Shown here: positions 43,729-55,159 of the stretch, in pieces | Position numbering within the stretch: position 1 is the first letter of the stretch | Layout of the letters: each line of letters opens with the position of its first letter | Source of the DNA: the human T2T-CHM13v2.0 reference genome, Homo sapiens | DNA: 64,000 nucleotides | Assembly: GCF_009914755.1 (NCBI RefSeq) | Contig: NC_060927.1 | Strand: one strand, 5' to 3' | The notes under the pieces: model-generated | The model's input: only the letters and a program-made list of their open reading frames with translations | Told to the model about the DNA's origin: nothing | The model's database searches: none | Translations under genes and position numbers: made by a program

Positions 43729-44974
43729 TGGGTTTTCCAATGTTAATGTTCAGTGGCTTGATATATTTAATTTCTGTCCTTCTTGCTGTGTTCAGTACAA
43801 ATCTAGTAGAGAAGCACCTCCCCAGAGATCGTCAACTATATAGCAGGCCCCAGGAAACAGAGCCTGGCTCCAGGCATTACCTGCCATGCCTCTTTAGAAG
43901 CTTCCCTCTTCCAACCAGTGGCCTCCATCCTACCTCCTGCCCTCCCAGGATTCAGTTTTCTAAGTATAAAGCTGTTTGAAACCATACATGACTGAAGTTA
44001 GAGGGGAGCTTACCTTTGTCATCTACCCTAATTCTTCATTGAACAGATGGACAAACTGAGGCCAAGGGAAATTAGTGGCTTGCCCAAGGTCACAATGTCA
44101 GCCAGGAGCAGAGCTGGGCTATGTGTCTCCTGACTCCCAGTTCAGTGCTCTCTCCATTGAGCCAAGATGCCTGGCATCAAATGATTGAGGCTTTACAGGG
44201 TTGCTGTGCCTAGAGATGACTTTCTGTACCATATTTTCTTTGGTAAGATTTCAAGCTAAATATCTCTCTCAGCTCTAAAATATTTATACCGAGTATCAGG
44301 GGTCTGTGGACACCATTGCTTCATTAAGTTTGGCAGTAGAGGCAGCATCCCCAGCAGTAGCAGGGAGCCTGGTGGGTCAAGTACAACTCACCCCTCTTCT
44401 GGGGAGATGTGGCCTCAGTGTGGGGGGGCCCCAGTGAACCATTTGCTGAAATGATATAAACTTCATTTGCAATTCTTGGGGTCTGTAACGGCCACGTGAG
44501 TGATGAAGAAACACACATTTAATTAGCAGATGTTATGTTCTAGATTCCACGCTGAGCATCACAATGGCTAAAGCTGGGGCTTTGTAGACAGTCATATAGG
44601 TTTAAGTCCCAGTTCAACTAGTTATTAGCTGTTAAATCTTGTGCAAGTTATCTAACCTCTAGACTTTAGCTCACATATCTGTAAAATGGAGCTGCTGCTG
44701 CTGTTACCTACCTGTCAAGTTTGTTATTGAATGAAATAAATTAATATTTATAAAGCACCAGAACAATGCTTTCTAAGCACTTACCAGGTAAGTGCTGTAT
44801 AGTGATTGCTATATAGTAAGTGCTATATGGTGATTGCTGTTACTATGCAAATTAAAATTATATTCACATAAAACATTAACACGTATTTTTTACTAGGATG
44901 AAAAGATACAGATTATATACATTAGAATTGCTACCTATGAGTCTATATGGAAATTTTTTTTTTTTTGTAAAAGC

Positions 44975-45458
<484 letters not shown>

Positions 45459-46599
45459 TTAAGTCCCTCTTTTTCATCACTAAACTTCAAGATCTGCTGG
45501 CTGTCCAAAATTCATACTGTTTGAAGAGCCTGCTCAGATTCTGCTAGCCACACCAAGCTTTTGGAGAGAGTGGAGTCAAGAGACGTGTTTTCCAATTGTA
45601 GGAAGTGTTGTTTCTAATGCATGCGATGAGCTTCGTCAACAAGTTTATACAAATAGATGGGAAGAGTGTAATGTGAGAAACTGAAATAAAACCAAAATGC
45701 CCTAAAAGACAGGATTGGCTAAATAAATTATGCCTATCCATATAACAGAATATAGGTAGCCCATAATGTACTACTACGGAATATGACCTAGAAAAATATT
45801 CATGACGTATTATTTTTTGAAAATGTCACAATGTGGTATATAGAATGTATGTGGTGTACAGAATGTGTGTGTATATACACACACATACACTTGTACATGT
45901 ACAGAAAAATGGTAAGCGGGATGTACATATCGTAATGTTAACAGTAGTCATCTCGGGTGGGGTTTTATGGAAGAGTCTTACTTCTCTTTTCTTTCATCTA
46001 TATTTTGTATTTTTTCTAGAATAAACCCATATGATTTTTTAAAAGGAAAAATAATTTATTAAAAATAGCAGCAGAGGCATGTATAGTAAAGGCTGTTTTG
46101 CCTGTGGGTGGTGCTCCTCTTCTGCGCTTCTATAATCAGCTTGGAAATAATCTTGTCTGCTCCTGCCTGGCTGATGCAATGCTCCTACCTTTGTGCACAG
46201 GTGGCTGTTCTTGCACAAGGCCATTGCAGCATGGATCCTATTGCACAGTTATTCAGTACACAGTCAGCTACAAGCACTGACATAGAGCTTGGCACATGTC
46301 TGCAAACCCTACCCACATGCTCGGATATGTTTGAAATGAATGAATTAATGAACCGGTCTGGGGTCAACAGCTTGAATTTGTATACAGGCTCCGCCATTTA
46401 TAGGCTAGGTGAGTCCTAGGCTCCTGATCTGTACTGCAGCAATAGTAATCATAACTTAAGAGACCTCCAATTGTGTTTTGAAAATGGCAAAGTGCTGGTC
46501 ACAAGATGGCTGGGGAAGCCGAGAGAGAGTTTATTATTATTGCTCCATCTACTAACAAATTTACATCTCCCCATCCCTCATTTCTCCTTGGCTGCCTAA

Positions 46600-46937
46600 G
46601 GCATCATGGTTACCGTAGCAGCCAGATGCTGATGATGCCTCCAGGGGACGGCAAGGTGAAACTGAGCCAGTTCCCAGTCCTCACCTCCCCATACTCTTTC
46701 CAGGCCAGGGTGAGATGGTCTGAAGCTCAATCTCTGGTCAGGTCCCCCACTCTGTCTTGGATCATTTAGACCCACAAACTCTGCCTCTGCAATCTCAGTT
46801 CAGGGCCTTGAAACACCTCTTCAGAGACTCCCTCCTCCCCAAGCTCTGTCTTCTGGCAACCTGCCTGGTTGCCGTGGAAACAGGTTCCACTGCGGACAAA
46901 GGAGGGAGCTGGGTCCTGCTTCCTCCTGGTCTTGTCG
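46600..46937 (+). promoter_or_regulatory. RTP1 proximal promoter / 5' region with RFX X-box-like motifs
   Basis: GTTGCCGTGGAAAC (46868-46881), GTCTTCTGGCAAC (46848-46860), GTTACCGTAGCAGC (46609-46622); no canonical TATA box seen near the ATG. Confidence 0.55.
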
Positions 46938-47209
46938 ATGAGGATTTTTAGACCGTGGAGACTGCGCTGCCCTGCCCTGCACCTACCCTCACTCTCCGTG
47001 TTCTCACTAAGGTGGAAATTGCCTTCCCTCACTACTGACGAGACCATGTGTAAAAGCGTGACCACAGATGAGTGGAAGAAAGTCTTCTATGAGAAGATGG
47101 AGGAGGCAAAGCCGGCTGACAGCTGGGACCTCATCATAGACCCCAACCTCAAGCACAATGTGCTGAGCCCTGGTTGGAAGCAGTACCTGGAATTGCATGC
47201 TTCAGGCAG
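46938..47209 (+). CDS. RTP1: Receptor transporter protein 1, coding exon 1
   Basis: MRIFRPWRLRCPALHL...TMCKSVTTDEWKKVFYEKMEEAKPADSWDL...WKQYLELHASG(R) matches RTP1 as I recall it; donor AG|GTGAGT at 47209/47210; second ATG at 47046. Confidence 0.97.
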
Positions 47210-47762
47210 GTGAGTAGCCCAGGAAGGTGGATCCCTGCAGGCCGCCTCTAGGTCCCTAGCTCTGGGGCACCTTCCAAGGAGAGGAAGATTACGTAGAACC
47301 CAAGTGTTTAGCTTCAATCTCACTATTAGGCTGGCGTAGACTGGAAGTCAGAGAAAGAGTCCCTAACTGGGAACTACGACACTTGAGTTGGATTTCAGCT
47401 CTTCTACTGATCACCTGTGTTACTCTTCCTCTCTGAGTCACAATTTTTCCGTCTGGAAAATAAAGACATAGAATATACGTATGAGTCCTACACACTGACA
47501 TTTTACATATTTTCTATTTTAACAGTCTCTTAAAAAGTAGTTTAAAACCAGAGAAGAAGGGTTTGAGGCCCACTGGGGGTCGAGACGTCCGTGCTCTGGT
47601 CCTGGGACCGGTTTAAATCTATTTAACTCAACTTAATTTCACTTAAAATATTGAATACATGAGATGTGCCAGAAACTGGCTCTATCATTGGCTCCATGGC
47701 TGTTGAGGAACTCGATTTTCTTCTTGGACCTGGCTTTCTCCTTTTGCACAGTGAGAGGTTAG

Positions 47763-47900
47763 CCTGTGGTCCACAGAGCAGCAGGATCGGCATCACCTGG
47801 AATTTGTTAAGAAAGCAGAATCTTGGGCCCCTTTTAGATCTGAATCAGAATCTGATTTCAAGAAGAGTTCTAGGTGATTAGTATGTAAAAACTATCTGAG
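47763..47900 (+). mobile_element. MER5A (hAT-Charlie) in the RTP1 intron
   Basis: GTGGTCC...AGCAGCA..ATCGGCATCACCTGG...TTGTTAAGAAAGCAGAATCTTGGGCCCC. Confidence 0.7.
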
Positions 47901-48839
47901 ATGAATTTCTAGCACTCTTGTTCATGGGTCCAGAGTGTAGGGGCTTACCTTTGAGACATAAGATGGGGAGGCTGAGTGGTGCAGCCTGGAAGTCAGAAGC
48001 AAGGCCTTCCTGCTTGCCCTGGTTCAGCCAATTCACTTCAATTCAGGAAACATTACTGGGCACCTGTTACGTGCTGGGCGCCGGTTCTGCCTCTAGCTGT
48101 GTGTACATGGATGCCTCTCTCACTCTGTCTCAGCATAAAAGAAAACATTAATTAGGTGATTTCCAGGTCCCTCTAGTTACGACATTTTTCAATCCAGGTT
48201 TTGTAGTCTGGTCTGAGAGAGGAAACAGTCCCCAAAAGATGTGTGAACAAGAAGAGAATGAAAATGTGAAGCTCCTAAACTGGCTGACAGGAGGGGTGTC
48301 AAGGGCTGGACACTTACAGGCAGGATCAGGAGCTTCTTGAAGACCTGGAAGGCTGTGGGGGCTGAGTGGGGAGGGCTTGTGGCTGCCCCAGACCTGGCTG
48401 GGGACCTGTAATCCCCAGCTGGCCCCAGTCAGGCCTGGGAGACTACAGGCCTTGGGGATCTGGGCACAGACTGCCTCCACCTCCAGGCCTTGTGATGCAT
48501 TAACTCTGACACTGGCCTGGACGTTGATAGCTAGTAATGGTGTCATTTTCTCCTAATTTGGATCTAGCCTGTTCACAGTCAGTGTTAACAGATAGAAATG
48601 TGCAGATGGATTATGTGTTTCTTATCTGGTGTGAGAAGGAAGGACTCACCTAGTGCACCAAGCGCATTTTGCCCATGAGGAATAAGAATGACGCCCAATG
48701 CTGGGGTGGTGGGAGTTAGGCCTCTGGAAAGCACTGAGGAGGTAGAGCACTGCTGGATGCCCGGTGACATCCTGAGGAACCTGCTGTAGTCCTAGGGGCA
48801 CTTGCAAGGCTGAGTGGCTTCCTGGGGAAAGCTAATGAA

Positions 48840-49460
48840 CCCAGGGCGCCGGCAACACACTTCCTCCACCTCCAGGCTCTGCTTAGCCTCCACGTCCCCT
48901 CACGCCATTCCTAGGGCTGTTTCCACCACCTCCGCCCGTCTTCTATTCCTCCCTCTCCTCCCGTCTCCGCAGGTTCCACTGCTCCTGGTGCTGGCACACC
49001 TGGCAGTCGCCCTACGTGGTCATCCTCTTCCACATGTTCCTGGACCGCGCCCAGCGGGCGGGCTCGGTGCGCATGCGCGTCTTCAAGCAGCTGTGCTATG
49101 AGTGCGGCACGGCGCGGCTGGACGAGTCCAGCATGCTGGAGGAGAACATCGAGGGCCTGGTGGACAACCTCATCACCAGCCTGCGCGAGCAGTGCTACGG
49201 CGAGCGTGGCGGCCAGTACCGCATCCACGTGGCCAGCCGCCAGGACAACCGGCGGCACCGCGGAGAGTTCTGCGAGGCCTGCCAGGAGGGCATCGTGCAC
49301 TGGAAGCCCAGCGAGAAGCTGCTGGAGGAGGAGGCGACCACCTACACCTTCTCCCGGGCGCCCAGCCCCACCAAGTCGCAGGACCAGACGGGCTCAGGCT
49401 GGAACTTCTGCTCTATCCCCTGGTGCTTGTTTTGGGCCACGGTCCTGCTGCTGATCATCT
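48840..49460. other. CpG-rich island over the intron end and exon 2 of RTP1
   Basis: High GC content and abundant CpG compared with the CpG-depleted surroundings. Confidence 0.8.
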
Positions 49461-49492
49461 ACCTGCAGTTCTCTTTCCGTAGCTCCGTATAA
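48973..49492 (+). CDS. RTP1: Receptor transporter protein 1, coding exon 2 (3CxxC zinc finger and C-terminal TM helix)
   Basis: Polypyrimidine tract with CAG acceptor ending at 48972. The phase-2 join gives R-FHCSWCWHTW...CYEC...HRGEFCEAC...IPWCLFWATVLLLIIYLQFSFRSSV-stop. Spliced CDS = 272 + 520 = 792 nt = 263 aa. Confidence 0.97.
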
Positions 49493-50862
49493 GATTCCGT
49501 GGTTGGGCCCAGAGCCTGTCGAGGGTGCCAGTTAGCTGATGCGAGGGTAGAGGAGAGACGTGGGTTGAGAATAGTGTAAACTTCTAGCGCTGGTGATGTC
49601 ACTGACTCAGTGGGGATCTTGGACAAATTATACAGTTTTTCCATCTATAAAACTCAGGGTTTGGGCAAGATCATTGGTTTATCATAGTGAAACCCAGGAC
49701 CCCAAAGTTCTGCGTAGGTGCCTCAGGGACTTTTGGATTTGGAAAGTAGGCTAAGCTAGTGGGTGTCTCCAACTCCTGATCTAAACACCCATCCTCCAAC
49801 TCCTACCTCCTCCTCTTGCTTCGATCAGAACAGCTTTACTTTAGATAGGGTTCCATTTAAGATTTTTGTACCAAAAAAAAAAAAAAAAAAAGTTTAACTA
49901 CTTTTAAAAAGTTTGAAAATTAGAGGACTGGGTGATCTCAAAAGGGCTTTCCACAGTAATGAGCTCGACCTTGCTCTTATTAGTCCCTCACCCCTGCCCC
50001 TCATGATCTCCCACTTTCTCTAGCTGCAGCCTTAAATTAGCTTCTTTGCCCACCCTGTGAGCCTCATCCGTGATTCTGCCTTCACACACGCAGCAGAGGT
50101 TTCCCTTGAAGTGCAAGAGGTGGGAGATCAGGCTGTTCCTTTGCTGCCAGGTACACAGGGTCTCTTTTTTTTGTTTCTCAGATTCCAGCTTCTTTCCACT
50201 CAGGGCAGATTCTGGGGTCTGCCTGCCTGAAAGATGGTGGTTGGGGTGGGGTCTCATAGAGTTAGGCTTCTCACCCACTGCGTATTAACTGGCAGAGAAT
50301 TTAGGGGAGGTTCAGAAGACAGAGTTTTAGAAGCAAAGCACAAAATCTCTGGGAGGCATTATAATGGAGGGTCTTCAGAGTTCGGGGACCAAGTCTAGCA
50401 GATTCTCAGCAGTGCTGATGGCCAGAATTCAGGAGCAGGGGCCTGGCCTCCTGGGTTCTTTGCTGAAATTATAGTTGAATGGCTTTCTCACATTGGCCAA
50501 GCATGAGGCCTCTTGCCAAAGATCAGCTGTCCCCCTAAAGCCACAGGGATGGGGTATCTTCAGCAAGAGAGAGGGCGTTAAAGATGTAAAATGCTTTGTC
50601 CATGGGGAAGTGCACAGATATGTGGGAGAACCTTACAAGGCTCTAAAATGAGATGTGATATGGCTTGAAATGGGAGGAGACACTTTCTGACAGTGGGGGG
50701 TCTGGAATGGAATTGGTGGGGACAGGCAGCAAGCTGCACTTTTGAGGGGCCTCATTTACCCCACCTCTGTTAAAAACTTGACTACTCTCCTCTTTAATAG
50801 AAAGTCACCATCATCTGTAGTGATGGAGGAAGGGGGTCACTTATATAAAGATGGGACACTTT

Positions 50863-50868
50863 AATAAA
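50863..50868 (+). terminator. Candidate RTP1 polyadenylation signal AATAAA
   Basis: First canonical AATAAA I found after the stop codon, followed ~40 nt later by a GU-rich TGTGTGTTT element; implies a ~1.4-kb 3' UTR. Confidence 0.7.
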
Positions 50869-51171
50869 GACAGGATATCTTCCATAAGGCTTAGTAGTCA
50901 TTAATGTGTGTTTGAGATTCCCCCACTGTCCCAGATCTGTAATGAGCTATTGGTCCCCTCCATCCCGCCACCCTGTCTCCCCTTTTCTCCCTTCTGCCCC
51001 CTGACCCCACTGCCACATAAGGCTCTATCTAGCTCCAGTTTTTGGCCAGTCTCGTCCACAGTCAGGAGGGATGGAAGTCAGTCATTCAGGGGATCAGCAT
51101 AAGGTCAGTTTTACTCCTATCCTGGCTCGAATTCAAGTAAGCAGCGATGGCTTCCTTTACTTCATTCACAG

Positions 51172-51289
51172 AGTATTTATTTCTTCATCTAGTCCGCATA
51201 TCCTGAACACCTGCTATCTAGCAAGTCCTGATTTACTTGCTAGACAGTAGGTGTTCAGAATATGCAGACTAGAGGAAGAAATGAATACT
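51172..51289. repeat. Long inverted repeat (55-bp arms, 8-nt loop)
   Basis: 51172-51226 is the reverse complement of 51235-51289 with 6 mismatches. Confidence 0.95.
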
Positions 51290-52924
51290 GTGGGTGCAGC
51301 GGAATATAGGGGGTGCTCTCTGGTTTCTCAGACATCTCTGCTTGCTACAGAAGTTTTCAGCCCTGGCTGTACTTCAGAAATTCTGGGGAGATTTTAAAGA
51401 AATATAAGTACTTAGCCTCTACCCCAGACCAATGGGATCAAAATTTGGGGGAAGTGGGACCTGAGCATCTGAATTAGAATAAAACACCCAGGTGATCGAC
51501 CTGTACTGCCTGGTGTAATGCCTTCTAACTGAGGGATAGACTTCCTTTTGCATCTAGTTTTATGAAAAATGAGCCCTGAGATCTTCCTTGATGATTTGCC
51601 CTGGATTCTTTAGGACTGGGGCTCGGCTTCCCTTTCTCTAGCTGCCCTACTCACCCCCAGCCTGTGCTCTGGGGAGTTCACCGTCCCTCACACTCCCTTG
51701 CTCCTGCAGGTTTGCTGCTACAATGGCTGTGTTCTGCTCTGAGAGTCTTTGTCACTGAGCTCTGCCACCCTTGCTGGGACACTCATAAAACTTGTTATAA
51801 TTACTCATCCCTGCTAGGATGTAAGTTCCAAAAAGCATAGACTCCATGGATTTCATTCACCTCTATTGAATGCATAACAAATGTTCAATAAAAATGTATT
51901 GAATGAATAAATGAACCAATAAGCTGAGCCATCTCCAGCCAGATCCTCACCTCTCTAGCATATTATGCTTGTGACGATATTCGGAGTCTCCTTCTCACTT
52001 CACCACTCATTCTTTCTATGTCTTGAACTTACATATCCCAGAGCAAATCAGTTTAAATTAAGGTACTTGAAGTAGGGACGGCGTTTTGTTTTTATTTTTG
52101 TTTTGTTTTAAGATGATAGCATGGGGTCATGTGAAGGGGCCTGAACACTGCATTGGGAGCTGTGGGTCCTCATTTTATTTTAATTGGGTTCTGCTGGGAC
52201 TTTTGGGGGGGTCATTATTCTCTCTGGGTCTTAGATGCTCTTATGATATGAAGCATTCTGAAGTCTGTCTTTGTGCCATCCTGTATTAGCCCATATAAAG
52301 CATTTTTACACACTTTCCAATGACAAGTTCTCCAGCCTGTATTTGAGCACCCCCAGTGACAGGAGATCATTACCACCCAAGGCAGCTCATGCCATCTTTG
52401 GATAGTTCTGCCTTTTAAAGAAGACTTTTTCCTTTTAAGCCTCCCTCAAAAGGGTTTGAATTTTTTCACTTTCTGGTTCTGGTTCTCACAAGTGGGATCC
52501 CACAGGGGAGGATGTTTCCTATTCCCCATACAGATCTTTTCTCAGCACTGCAGCCAGGGCAATCCTTTTAACCTAAGTCAGATCCTGCCATTCTTGTGCT
52601 CCCTTTTGTGTTCTGTAAAAGCCAAATCCTGCAAGGCCAAACGTGGTGTGGCTTCAGCCGTGTTACTGATATCCTCTAGTACTCTTTGCCCTCATTTCTG
52701 TAGCTACCCTGGTTTCTTTGCTGTTCCCCAAATACACAGGCATGTATGTGCTTAGGGCCTTATTCTACCTGTTCCCTCTGCCTGGAATGGTCTTTCCCAA
52801 GAAATTCACTTGCCTCACTTTGTGACCTCCCTCAAGTGTTGGCTCAAGTCTCAACTCAGATGCTCTTCTCAGGCCTTCTACTTCATGCTGTCACCTGTTC
52901 CCCCACCCCACCCTCTCGCTCCTG

Positions 52925-53270
52925 GTTCGCCTTGCGCTTACCTTAGCCTGTGTTTTCAGAAAGCAGAAGTCAAGGCAGAGGTTTATGTGATAGTATTTGA
53001 CTGGGGAGCATGACCTCAGAAAGCTGGAGTAAGGCAGAGGGAGCACAGCAAAGCAGGAGGGAAATCCAATGGAAGGAGGTCTTGTCAAGTTGGCCATCTC
53101 CGCTGGTGAAGGGTTGTTCAGTCCCAGAAAACCATCTGAGAAGCCGGATGAAATGCATCTCCAGATCACTTGGGAGTAAAGGGCTATCTATCCCCTGGCT
53201 CCTGTCTTCCAATAGCTGAAGGTTGCCCCATAGGATGTTAACTTCCCTCCACTCTGGGTTGTGGTACACT
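52925..53270 (-). mobile_element. Ancient ERVL LTR (LTR33/LTR16-like) within an L2 fragment
   Basis: CAGAAAGCAGA...AGGCAGAGG...GCAGGAGGGAAATCCAAT...AAGGTTGCCCCA..GGATGTTAACT pattern; flanks are L2-like. Confidence 0.5.
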
Positions 53271-53654
53271 AATTGAATGAAAACATGAATGAATAAGTAC
53301 TGAAAGAGTATCAGAAGACAAGGTTAGTGTCCTTGCTCTGACTTTCTCAAGGTACAATTTCCAGTTTCTGACTTTTGCAGTCCTGTTCTGGTTGGGTTTC
53401 TTTCTGGGGGCCCAGCATCCACTCCACATCCTTTAAAAATAGCACTCTGACTTCCTTTTCCGGGAATTACCTGTACCCCATGCAATATAACGTGGTGGCA
53501 TATCAAAGAACTCTGCACCTCCCCTCAACTCCCAAGCAAGGAGCACATGCCCTAAGAGAAGTTGATTGGAATTTCAATGATAAGCAAAGTGATAAAAACA
53601 CTAAAAACGGATGGAGCCTATCAATTCCAGTGGTGGCCCCCGACATAATTGTAA

Positions 53655-53936
<282 letters not shown>

Positions 53937-54244
53937 ACAGCATGGCCAAATTTTGTCGTTTGCTGATACTTGTTCTCCACTCTTTCTGATTCTGCGAACT
54001 TTCCCCATAGCTTTTCAATACTTTCCCTTTTATGCTTAAATCAGCTGCCATCTCTGTGTGTTTCAACCAAAGGACTCTGGCTGATACACCAGGACTTCTC
54101 CACTGGGTCAACTCTGACGATGAAAGCTCAGACCAGAGCTCCATCTGCCCTCTCCCTGGACCTTCAACTTCTCTGTTCTCTGTGCTGAAGCACCTGCGTC
54201 AACCCCACACATTCCCCTACAAATCTTGCCTTTTCTTCTTCTAT

Positions 54245-54540
<296 letters not shown>

Positions 54541-54579
54541 AAATCCTGCCTTTTCTCCTTCCATTTACAATGAGATGTT

Positions 54580-55150
54580 TCAAGGACTGTTCATAGGCTG
54601 CCTCCACATTTACACTTCCAGTTAATTCTACAGGCTAACGTTCACCCCACAATGTTGCAGAAATTGTCCTCATCCAGCTCACAATCAGGCATCTTATGGC
54701 TACATACAATGAACACATTTCAACCTTATTTTTCTTGGCCTCTCACAGGAGTTCAACACTATTGACCATCTCCAAACACTTGCTTTACTTGGTTTCAGGG
54801 ACATGCACCCTCCTGATTTACCTTCAGCTTTTCTGTCTCCTTCCTCTTTTCTTTACAGGTTTCTCTGCCTCTGCCTGCCTCCTGAATGTTGGTATTCTTT
54901 AGGCTCCAATTCCAAGTCTTAGTCTCTTTGATCTTCTCATATTTGTCCATGTCCTCTGGCTGATTGAATCTATTCTGAGTGTTCTTTAATATCTGTATGC
55001 TAATGACTCAAATATACATCTCAAGGCATGAATTTTCTTCTTGACTTCTTACATTTATGTTCTCCTTGACATCTCTGTTTGACTGTTTCACAGGCATTTC
55101 AAAGTCAACATGTCCTAACTGATTCTAAAGTATGTTTTCCCTCTGGTGTT
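54580..55150 (+). mobile_element. L2 fragment
   Basis: CTGTATGCTAATGACTCAAATATACATCTC (degenerate YADD-region DNA) ...CACAGGCATTTCAAAGTCAACATGTCC. Confidence 0.65.
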
Positions 55151-55159
55151 CCATAAGAT

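Noticed and set aside
46345-46351. TTAATGA homeodomain (Lhx2-type) site upstream of RTP1
   Set aside because: Lies within an L2-tail-like (TGAA)n stretch and is too short to support alone.
46869-46937. N-terminal extension of RTP1 in the ORF track
   Set aside because: Starts at a TTG inside the X-box; the first real ATG is 46938.
48814-49482. Overlapping ORFs in other frames and antisense over RTP1 exon 2
   Set aside because: Expected shadows of a GC-rich coding exon with few off-frame stops.
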